Shown: one piece after another, positions 11,479 to 19,533 of the stretch
How positions within the stretch are numbered: the stretch's first letter is position 1
Layout of the letters: each line of letters opens with the position of its first letter
Assembly: GCA_963710605.1 (NCBI GenBank)
Contig: CAVQBA010000004.1
Location: forward strand, 32,001 to 96,000
Length of the DNA: 64,000 nt
From: an uncultured cyanobacterium
GTDB lineage: Bacteria; Cyanobacteriota; Cyanobacteriia; Cyanobacteriales; Cyanobacteriaceae
Reading direction: 5' to 3'
Made by a program: the position numbers and the translations under genes
The notes under the pieces: model-generated
What the model saw: the letters and a program-made list of their open reading frames with translations, nothing else
Database searches by the model: none
What the model was told of the DNA's origin: nothing

Positions 11479-12144
11479 ATGTTACTAAAATTATCTAAAA
11501 AAATACTTTGGTTAAGTTTGGTTAGTACTACTTTTACTACTTTTAGTTTAGCTAATCTTTCAGTAGCTAAAGCCGATATGGCAAAAGTTCGTTGTGATTT
11601 TTATATTCGAGGAGAAGAAAATATTAGAGAGTCAGATGTTTGTGATTTTTTCCAAAGACAAGGATTCATCGGCTTAACTAAAAGTGATGGTACGGATTAT
11701 AGTTTTGTGCCTGCATATCCCATTCAACCGAACGCTTATGAAGATGGAAATGGCGATCGAGTTATACGTCAAAATAATGGTGAGCAAGGATTAGTTTTAA
11801 CAACACAACGTGAATCTATTTATATTTATTGGGATAATAATCAATCTAATAACTCACAAATAGAGCAACCAAAAACATATACTAATGTCCAAGATTTTCA
11901 AAATATTGATATTGAGATAACAGAAGGTGATTTTCGTTTTTATGGTAAATTAAAACGTGTTTCAGGTGATTTATTTGTCGGTAGCGATAAACAGGTGAAT
12001 GTTACTTTAAATCCTTATAGTGGTAACGTAATTGTCTTCAATAAAATAACAGGTAATATTTTTTATAATTATAATATCACTCCTATTTCTGGTGTAGGGG
12101 AAAATTCAGATACTATGTGCGATCCTACTACAGAACCGTGTTAA
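11479..12144 (+). CDS. Hypothetical secreted protein
   Basis: 221-aa ORF with an N-terminal signal peptide ending AKA; family not recognised. Confidence 0.65.
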   Translation: MLLKLSKKILWLSLVSTTFTTFSLANLSVAKADMAKVRCDFYIRGEENIRESDVCDFFQRQGFIGLTKSDGTDYSFVPAYPIQPNAYEDGNGDRVIRQNNGEQGLVLTTQRESIYIYWDNNQSNNSQIEQPKTYTNVQDFQNIDIEITEGDFRFYGKLKRVSGDLFVGSDKQVNVTLNPYSGNVIVFNKITGNIFYNYNITPISGVGENSDTMCDPTTEPC

Positions 12145-12196
12145 TGGTTGATAGTTAAAAGACAAAACTATAAATAAAGATAGGATATTAAATAAT

Positions 12197-12778
12197 TTAA
12201 CTATCGAATGGTGATTTTTTCCATTGTTCAAAATCTCTTTCAATGGCGTAACGAAAACTTTTTGAAACTAAAAATATACTAGTTTGTTTTTGCATTTGAT
12301 TCGGGAAAATTACTTGCGCATAAATTTGACTATCATCAAAGTTAGGATTACCTAGAATAATAGTATATCGATCGTTATTAGTTAAAGTCAATTCAATTTT
12401 GTCTGTGGAATCTAACAAACCATATTCTTGCTTTTTGTCTTCAGTTGCCGGTAATTCTACTTTGTTTTGAGCTTGAGGAAATAAATTAACTAAAAAAGAA
12501 ATTGCCCCATCACTAGCGACTAACTTTTGTGGTTGTATCATCAACCAAGGAGACTTGTCGGTATCTTCTCGATCGAAAACGATCGTTTCTTGGTTAGTAT
12601 AAATAGTTATTTGTTGAATATCTTCAGTCGTAAAAGAAAATATTTTCGGGTTGGCGATTTCTTGCTCTGTTTTAGAGTCTAAATTAAATCCTTGTGGTTT
12701 GATTTGAGCTAGATAAACAATGACAGATAATCCTACAGAGAAAACAACCAGACTAATAGTTGTACGATTAAATTTCAT
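12197..12778 (-). CDS. DUF4340-like membrane-anchored protein
   Basis: N-terminal TM segment, EYGL and ILGNPNFDDSQIYA motifs. Confidence 0.7.
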   Translation of the reverse strand: MKFNRTTISLVVFSVGLSVIVYLAQIKPQGFNLDSKTEQEIANPKIFSFTTEDIQQITIYTNQETIVFDREDTDKSPWLMIQPQKLVASDGAISFLVNLFPQAQNKVELPATEDKKQEYGLLDSTDKIELTLTNNDRYTIILGNPNFDDSQIYAQVIFPNQMQKQTSIFLVSKSFRYAIERDFEQWKKSPFDS

Positions 12779-13098
12779 GAAGAGAAAAAACTAAACTATT
12801 TCTTTTTATCATACTTGATCGATTAATAGTTAATAGTTTTTGGTGATAGATTAAAAAAAGTATAAAAGGCTTTGTTGTTAATTGTCAATTATTAATTGTT
12901 AAACTTTGATCGAAAATATTTATTAGTCAATAATTAATAACCAAGTACCAATTAATACACTAATGTTTCCCGTATAATTAAAATAGATGAAAAGCGAAAA
13001 GTAATAACTCATAAACTCATTTATTAGTTTTATTCTCTTAAAAATTAAGATTTTTGCTATAAACTGGTTAAGAATTCTAATTTTATTGAGTAACTCAG

Positions 13099-15078
13099 GT
13101 GCAACTATTTAAAGAAATTATCGCCCGTTGGTGGTCAGAATTTACATTACAAACAAAACTCATGGCGATCGCTACATTAGTAGTATCTTTAGTTATGAGT
13201 AGTTTAACATTTTGGGCGGTCAATTCGATTCAACAAGATGCCCAAATGAATGATACTCGTTTTGGTAAAGATTTAGGAATCTTAGTAGCGAGTAATGTTG
13301 CACCGTTAGTTGCTGAAAATGATCTTTCTGGAGTTGCCAAATTTTCAGGACGTTTTTTTAATAGTACTTCTAGCGTTCGTTATATCATTTATGCAGATGA
13401 AACTGGAAATATTTTATTTGGGATTCCTTTTTCTCACAACGAAATTGCTAATTCTCTTAGTTTAGAAAGTAAATTACAATTACCAGAAGATTATAATGCT
13501 AAAGTAAACAAACCGATCGTCAGACAACATCTTAACCCTGCAGGAATTATTACCGATGTGTTTGTACCGATGTTTGACAAAAATACTTATTTAGGAGTAT
13601 TAGCCATTGGAATTAATCCTAATCCTACCGTTGTCGCTTCTTCTAATTTAACTCGTGATGTGACGATCGCTGTTTTTATTTCTATCTGGGCTATGGTAAT
13701 TTTAGGTGGTGTATTTAATGCTTTAACTATTACTCAACCGATTAAAGAGTTATTGACAGGAGTCCAAAATATCGCCGCAGGAAATTTCAAACAAAGGATT
13801 AATCTCCCTCTTGGTGGTGAGTTAGGAGAATTAATCTTAAGTTTTAACGAAATGGCAGAAAAATTAGAAAAATATGAAGCTCAAAATATTGAAGAATTAA
13901 CCGCAGAAAAAGCGAAATTAGAAACTCTAGTGGCTACTATCGCTGATGGTGCAATTTTGCTCGATTCGCAATTAAAGATGGTTTTAGTTAATCCTACCGC
14001 TCGCAGAATGTTTGATTGGGAAGAGACACATATCATCGGCGAAGATTTATTAGAATACATACCCAGAGAAGTTACAGGGCAGTTACAACAACCATTAAAA
14101 GATATCTCCGAAGGCGAAAATACTGAAGAAGAAGATAGTAATGAGATTTTGCCCACCAGAGGAGAGTTTACTATTAGTTTGACTAAAAAATCTCAGGAGC
14201 AACATACTTTTAGGGTGTTACTTACTCAGGTATTAGATAAAAATCAGGAACAGATTAAAGGTATTGTAATTACTGTTCAAGATATCACCAAAGAAACAGA
14301 ATTAAACGAGGCGAAAAGTCAGTTTATTAGTAATGTATCTCATGAATTGCGTACTCCTTTATTTAATATCAAGTCTTTTATTGAAACCTTATTTGAATAT
14401 GGTGATGATTTAACTGAAGCGGAGAAGTTGGAGTTTTTACAAACAGCTAGTAATGAAACCGACAGGTTAACTCGTTTGGTTAATGATGTGTTAGACTTAT
14501 CTCGTTTGGAATCTAGTCGTAGTTATCAGTTTTCGGCGTTAGATTTAGCCCAACCGATTGAACAAACTTTAAGAACATATCAACTCAACGCTAAGGATAA
14601 ACAAATTGAATTAATCCAAGATATAGAAGCTGATTTGCCACCTGTTTGGGGTAATTACGATCTTTTATTACAGGTATTGATTAATCTAGTTGGTAATGCG
14701 ATGAAATTTACCCTAGAAAGTGGGCAGGTAACGATTAAGACTTATGCTGTTAAAATTGATCCAGAAGATGAACAACGCAATTCTCATGTTAGAGTAGAAA
14801 TTATTGATACTGGGATTGGTATTGCACCAGAAGATCAACAAGCTATCTTCGATCGTTTCTTCAGAGTCGAAAATAGAGTACATACATTAGAAGGTACAGG
14901 GTTAGGTTTATCGATCGTCAAAAATATTGCTGATAAACACAATACTCGTGTTAATTTGAAAAGTAAAGTTGGTGTTGGTACTACTTTTTGGTTTGATTTA
15001 CCTGTGTGTTTAATGAAGGGAAATCTTTATCTGCAACTAATGGTAAAGCCAAAACGATCGATGTTTAGAATAAATTGA
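13099..15078 (+). CDS. nblS: Sensor histidine kinase NblS/Hik33 (TM-HAMP-PAS-HisKA-HATPase); extreme C-terminus possibly frameshifted near 15005
   Basis: WWSEFTLQTKLM N-terminus, HAMP (GGELGELILSFNEMA), H-box SNVSHELRTPL, DTGIGI, VHTLEGTGLGL. Confidence 0.93.
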   Translation: MQLFKEIIARWWSEFTLQTKLMAIATLVVSLVMSSLTFWAVNSIQQDAQMNDTRFGKDLGILVASNVAPLVAENDLSGVAKFSGRFFNSTSSVRYIIYADETGNILFGIPFSHNEIANSLSLESKLQLPEDYNAKVNKPIVRQHLNPAGIITDVFVPMFDKNTYLGVLAIGINPNPTVVASSNLTRDVTIAVFISIWAMVILGGVFNALTITQPIKELLTGVQNIAAGNFKQRINLPLGGELGELILSFNEMAEKLEKYEAQNIEELTAEKAKLETLVATIADGAILLDSQLKMVLVNPTARRMFDWEETHIIGEDLLEYIPREVTGQLQQPLKDISEGENTEEEDSNEILPTRGEFTISLTKKSQEQHTFRVLLTQVLDKNQEQIKGIVITVQDITKETELNEAKSQFISNVSHELRTPLFNIKSFIETLFEYGDDLTEAEKLEFLQTASNETDRLTRLVNDVLDLSRLESSRSYQFSALDLAQPIEQTLRTYQLNAKDKQIELIQDIEADLPPVWGNYDLLLQVLINLVGNAMKFTLESGQVTIKTYAVKIDPEDEQRNSHVRVEIIDTGIGIAPEDQQAIFDRFFRVENRVHTLEGTGLGLSIVKNIADKHNTRVNLKSKVGVGTTFWFDLPVCLMKGNLYLQLMVKPKRSMFRIN

Positions 15079-15318
15079 ATTATGTACGGGTTGAATATTC
15101 TTTAGTAATTATTACGCTTATAAAGGGTGCAAACCGTCTTAGTCAGGCTTCGGTGTCAGGAGTGATCGTTCCCTTCTTGGTCGATTATCCATTGCGTGAT
15201 AGAAACCTCTTCGTCCAATGACCACTTGCACCCCTACAAAAAACATCGTAATTATTTTGTACAAATATTTATAAGGTATGATAATTTGATGTATTTTTTA
15301 AAAACTAATATTAAAGCT

Positions 15319-15479
15319 TATAGCAATTATTAGCACGATGAAGTACAGATCGATCCCCCGCTAAATCCCTATCCCCCTCTATCCCCCGCGCGTTCGGGGG
15401 AAGATAAGCAGATGCTTCGCTTTTATGTCTGGGGACTTGTAAATATAAACTGTACCTCATAAAGATGGGAAACGCTATA
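15319..15479 (+). repeat. Family A MITE/REP-like element (copy 3)
   Basis: TATAGC...GCTATA termini; core near-identical to copy 1. Confidence 0.85.
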
Positions 15480-15495
15480 TTTCTACACTTTAATA

Positions 15496-16322
15496 TTATT
15501 CATATCTTCTTTTTTTTGATTTGATAACTTGGGTTACATCATCATGTTTTTGTCGTGGAATAATATCTTTTAAATGAAGTTCACCATCAATATATTGAAT
15601 ATGAATCCGTCAACCAGAAGTTTTATCAATATCAGCACAGCAATTCTCATTTTGAAGAAGAATATATGTAACACAACAATAATTATATTGTAAATATTCA
15701 TAATTAAATCTAAATTAGACGATTATCAGTTCTGATTTTTCTTTTCTTTGTTATATTACATCAGCACTTCAAAAAAATAGTCATCACAAACTAGACCTAA
15801 TTTTCTTGCTTGATAAAAATTAGGCTTCTTTCTGTGATATTCATTACTTCAAAATCAACTTACCTTTACTGTTTATTTTTTCTCTTTTTAACTTGTGTTG
15901 ATTAACTTTCTTTCTTCTCCTTCCGTTAGTACAAATATGAATAAATCCTGCCAACTTTCAAACCATATATATTTCAATAACGCTCTTATATCATTAAAAA
16001 ATGTTTTTCTCCTCACTAATTTGTCTCTAATTTTTTGATAGTTAACATTCACTAATTCTAAAACATTGTGAAAGAGAAATCCTAGTAGATTTAATGATAA
16101 CAATATTTCGGACAAATTCATGTCAGCACGATAAATAGCTTTTTTAATGCCTCTAATTTTATGTAATCTCGTTTTCGGAAATTTTCTCTGTTGATGACAA
16201 TTTTTATCTTCTAATTCTGCTAATGCTTCTAAAAAAGATAGTTTAAGTTCATTACTCGGCAAAATCTTTATTGCTTCATAGATAATACCATATTCATCTT
16301 TTAGATTAATAAATTGAGCCAT
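15496..16322 (-). pseudogene. Probable RelE/ParE-fold toxin gene split by an IS remnant
   Basis: N-half ends ...LHKIRGIKKAIYRAD at ~16122; C-half ADIDKTSG*RIHIQYIDGELHLKDIIPRQKHDDV...YE* resumes at ~15636; internal TGA at 15610-15612. Confidence 0.65.
15638..16122 (-). mobile_element. Truncated IS (ISNCY-like transposase C-terminus) with a flanking direct repeat
   Basis: Encodes NLSEILLSLNLLGFLFHNVLEL...RKTFFNDIRALLKYIWFESWQDL; probable end CAGCAATTCTCATTTTG at 15638; TCAGCA repeated at 15632-15637 and 16123-16128. Confidence 0.7.
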
Positions 16323-16331
16323 TTTCAAAAT

Positions 16332-16718
16332 TTAAACAGTTTCTAAAATTTCTTTTCTCTCTTGTAAAAAATCTTGATATAGTGACTGTGCTATACCTCT
16401 ATATATATTTTCTAAATTTACTCTTTTAACAACTCGAAAAAAAGTAAAAATTCTTTGTTCAAAAATAGGATCTTCATCTATTGCAAATATTACCCTTAAA
16501 TCTTGATTTATGTTCATAATATACAAAGAAGATTCATCATCAGATAAATTAGATAAATTTAAGGGAATTTGATAAACCTTTTGATAAAACCTTTGCCGAT
16601 TATTAGATAATAAACTTATATAATAATTTGTTTTTTCTATAATCTTAGTTTTTTCTTTTTTAGTAAAATTAGTAATATCTTTTTCAAATGCTTTGGTTGA
16701 TTCGACTAAAATTTCCAT
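16332..16718 (-). CDS. RelE/ParE-fold toxin-like protein
   Basis: MEILVESTKAFEKDI N-terminus and SLYIMNINQDLRVIFAID core fit the RelE superfamily. Confidence 0.6.
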   Translation of the reverse strand: MEILVESTKAFEKDITNFTKKEKTKIIEKTNYYISLLSNNRQRFYQKVYQIPLNLSNLSDDESSLYIMNINQDLRVIFAIDEDPIFEQRIFTFFRVVKRVNLENIYRGIAQSLYQDFLQERKEILETV

Positions 16719-16738
16719 ATTTTTAATCTTAGTATAAG

Positions 16739-16800
16739 TTAGTTGTCAATTTTAAGATCTTTTTTAAACTGATTTGAAACCTGAATTTGTCTTATGGCTC
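16739..16800 (-). pseudogene. YafQ-like toxin N-terminal remnant
   Basis: IRQIQVSNQFKKDLKIDN* directly downstream of the DinJ/RelB antitoxin. Confidence 0.5.
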
Positions 16801-16834
16801 AATATTTAATTCATCATATAAATCATCGATCGAA

Positions 16835-17059
16835 TTATATTTTTTTTGCATCGCTCAAATCTTCATTCAAAGTATCAATAGTTATTTGATTATAGCTTTT
16901 TCTTTGGATCGGAAATGGAATACCATCATTGATTAAAATTTGATGAAAGTAAAGATTAATCGCCTGTGAAGTTGTTAATCCTAAACTAGCTAATACTTCT
17001 TCAACTGATTCTTTGAGTTTGGGATCTACTCTAACACCGATCGTTGTAGTTTTACTCAT
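16835..17059 (-). CDS. RelB/DinJ-family antitoxin
   Basis: IGVRVDPKLKESVEEVLASLGLTTSQAINLYFHQI..GIPF ribbon-helix-helix signature. Confidence 0.88.
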   Translation of the reverse strand: MSKTTTIGVRVDPKLKESVEEVLASLGLTTSQAINLYFHQILINDGIPFPIQRKSYNQITIDTLNEDLSDAKKI

Positions 17060-17190
17060 AATTATTTTATCCCAAGTTTCCTAACAATGTATGTACATAG
17101 TATAACTTTTCTCTTGCTAATTAAGTTTAACTAGCGTTGTACTTTAATTGAAAACTAAATTACTCGTTGTAATATTGGTTTCTACGTTAA

Positions 17191-17463
17191 CTAATTAAAA
17201 ATGCGATTCGACGTAGTCGCACCTTTGGTGAGCGCATCTTGATGATTGTCATCACTAATAATAACTTCTAAAGAAGAAGGATTAGGAATAAAATCTCCAT
17301 CTTCAATTATTAAATCAATATGTCCGTTTAGGGCTTCTGTTGCCATTATTTGAGCTTCTTCGATCGTCTCTCCTGCACTAATACAACCAGGGAAGTCATA
17401 AAATTGTACACCGTAGTCACTGTCTTTGTCTTTGTGTACTGTTGCGATATATTTATTATTCAT
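17191..17463 (-). pseudogene. hicB: HicB antitoxin copy 1, C-terminus disrupted by a 25-nt insertion
   Basis: YGVQFYDFPGCISAGETIEEA; near-identical to 18195-18488 except for the insertion at 17208-17232. Confidence 0.8.
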
Positions 17464-17476
17464 AACTAACTCATCA

Positions 17477-17664
17477 CTATCTTAATTTTAACCGTGCTTA
17501 TTTTTCTATACTAATTAATGTTTTTAAAGGAATATCTTTTTAGGGTGAACTACTGTCACTTTTCCACTTTTCACAGAATGCTTAAAATGATGATGACTAC
17601 CTGTTATTTTTACTAAATACTATCCATCTTGTTCTAGTTTTTTGATTATTTCTTTACTTTTCAT
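17477..17664 (-). pseudogene. hicA: HicA toxin pseudogene
   Basis: MKSKEIIKKLEQDG*YLVKITGSHHHFKHSVKSGKVTVVHP, with two premature stops and an indel; not in the ORF track. Confidence 0.78.
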
Positions 17665-17669
17665 TCATT

Positions 17670-17925
17670 TTAATAAGCATCTTTACGATGTACAGCACTT
17701 ACAATAAGTACGATCGTTTCTTCATCTTTAATTTGATAAATCACACGATAGTTTCCGACTCTAATTCGATAAGTTTGCTCGTAACCTTTGAGCTTTTTTT
17801 ACTCCATTGGGGCGAGGTTGATTAGCTAAAAGTTTGATCGCTTCAATAATTCTGTTTTTTTCTTTCTGTGGAAGATTATTTAGTTGTTTTTGAACAAGTT
17901 TAGGAATAATAATTCTATAACTCAT
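17670..17925 (-). CDS. relE: RelE-family toxin (frameshift in the T-run near 17794)
   Basis: MSYRIIIPKLVQKQL...NQPRPNGVK / KLKGYEQTYRIRVGNYRVIYQI...HRKDAY*; ATGA overlap with the upstream gene. Confidence 0.82.
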
Positions 17926-18131
17926 TGTTGATTCGCTTCATATTCTTCTAAAGTTAGGTAATCTCCTGCTTCATAATCTTTGAGAGATTGTGATATACTC
18001 ATTTTTTCTTCTAAAGTAATATCTTCTTCTACATATCTTGCTTTGATAAACAAAACGTAATCAAGAAGTTGGGAAACTAGAGACTCAGGTATTTCTTCTA
18101 TTTCCTCAATAAGTTGCTGTTTTAAAGTCAT
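17922..18131 (-). CDS. Putative antitoxin (DUF2281-like)
   Basis: 69-aa acidic ORF (LIEEIEEIPESLVSQLLDYVLFIK) translationally coupled to relE. Confidence 0.65.
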   Translation of the reverse strand: MTLKQQLIEEIEEIPESLVSQLLDYVLFIKARYVEEDITLEEKMSISQSLKDYEAGDYLTLEEYEANQQ

Positions 18132-18194
18132 AAGGTTTGATTTTCTATTTATTCTTTATTTCATTATTTAATTAAGTTTAACTAGCGTTGTACT

Positions 18195-18488
18195 TTAATT
18201 AAAAACTAAATTACTGGTTGTGATATTTATTGAGACATTAACTATTAAAAATGCAATCGCATCTTGATGATCGTCATCACTAATAATAACTTCTAAAGAA
18301 GAAGGATTAGGAATAAAATCTCCATCTTCAATTATTAATTCAATATGCCCATTTAAGGCTTCTGTTGCCATTATTTGAGCTTCTTCGATCGTCTCTCCTG
18401 CACTAATACAACCAGGAAAATCGTAAAATTGAACTCCATAGTCACTGTCTTTATCTTTGTGTACTGTTGCGATATATTTATTATTCAT
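18195..18488 (-). CDS. hicB: HicB antitoxin copy 2 (intact)
   Basis: FYDFPGCISAGETIEEAQIMATEAL..IPNPS; a cognate hicA survives only as a fragment near 18670-18710. Confidence 0.85.
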   Translation of the reverse strand: MNNKYIATVHKDKDSDYGVQFYDFPGCISAGETIEEAQIMATEALNGHIELIIEDGDFIPNPSSLEVIISDDDHQDAIAFLIVNVSINITTSNLVFN

Positions 18489-18558
18489 AACTAACTCATC
18501 ACTATCTTAATTTTATAGTCGTTTAAAATAATGATGAGACAATTTTCGAGATAAATTT

Positions 18559-18613
18559 GAGTTTAATTTATTAAACGGTATCTATTAGCCTTGTAATTCA
18601 TACCCAAGGCGGG
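18559..18613 (+). repeat. Family B palindromic repeat
   Basis: Matches 11184-11241. Confidence 0.75.
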
Positions 18614-18948
18614 ATAAAGATTTAAGTTTTAGAGATAATTAATATTGTCTCAATCTTAATTAAAATTACTATAACTTTGCTTGTTTTTCTATACTAATTA
18701 ATGTTTTTAGATAGTGTCGTCAAATTATTTTACTCCATAACTCGATACATCTTATCTGTACGGCGGCTAAGAATGAACTGGTACGCTTCATGTCTTGATT
18801 TCCGCCTTGTCTTGGTGTGCGTTCGGTGTTTTGGTCAGCCTTCTTTTCTTGGTGAACATTCCCCTGCGTCTTCGGCTTCCGTCAGCGGGTTATCACCGCT
18901 TTGCTCCTGCAGGATGAGGATGTACTTTACAATGGGAGGCATCGATCG

Positions 18949-19206
18949 TTAGCCACTCATAACAGGCTCATCAATAGATGGATGACTCTCAGAAGTTACC
19001 TCACCAAAAGCATCGTATGTAGTAAAATTGATGATATTACCATCATTATCTAAAAAATAACGAACCAAACCTTAATTGTCAGCTAAAACCCAATTAATCT
19101 TACCTTGTGCGTTTTCAACCGCAATCACTTGGTTAACTGTGACACCATGAAGGAATCTTTCTTTTAAATTATTCTGCCCGTCAAAAACGAGTGCTATCTT
19201 ATCACC
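18949..19206 (-). pseudogene. RHS repeat-associated core fragment
   Basis: GDKIALVFDGQNNLKERFLHGVTVNQVIAVENAQGKINWVLADN*GLVRYFLDNDGNIINFTTYDAFGEVTSES; stop at 19072-19074. Confidence 0.75.
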
Positions 19207-19533
19207 GAGACAACGGTAAAGGTCAAAGATTATTTTTTAAGACGATCGTGCTTAATATTAATGAGAATAAAATCAGCTAGAAGGACGGTAGTTTAAAGAA
19301 ATTCACTCTAAACATTGACCATCGTAGTTTAGATCGGCGATTACGTAAAATAAGTATTAAAATTAAAACCTAGTACAAACCTGTTTTTTTGACTCTTATT
19401 GCTAAAATAATGGGGTGTACGTTCACCATATTAATTTAATGGAAAATTTTTACATAGAAACTATCTACTAAAAGTAGTCTTGACTGTAGATATTATGAAT
19501 TAGACTTAAAGCAAAAAATACTGAACAAAGAAA

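Noticed and set aside
15888-16328. 146-aa ORF as a genuine single protein
   Set aside because: Chimera of a toxin-like N-terminus and a transposase C-terminus created by IS insertion.
18701-18952. 83-aa plus-strand ORF
   Set aside because: No recognisable motif; lies in debris between hicA and RHS fragments on the opposite strand.
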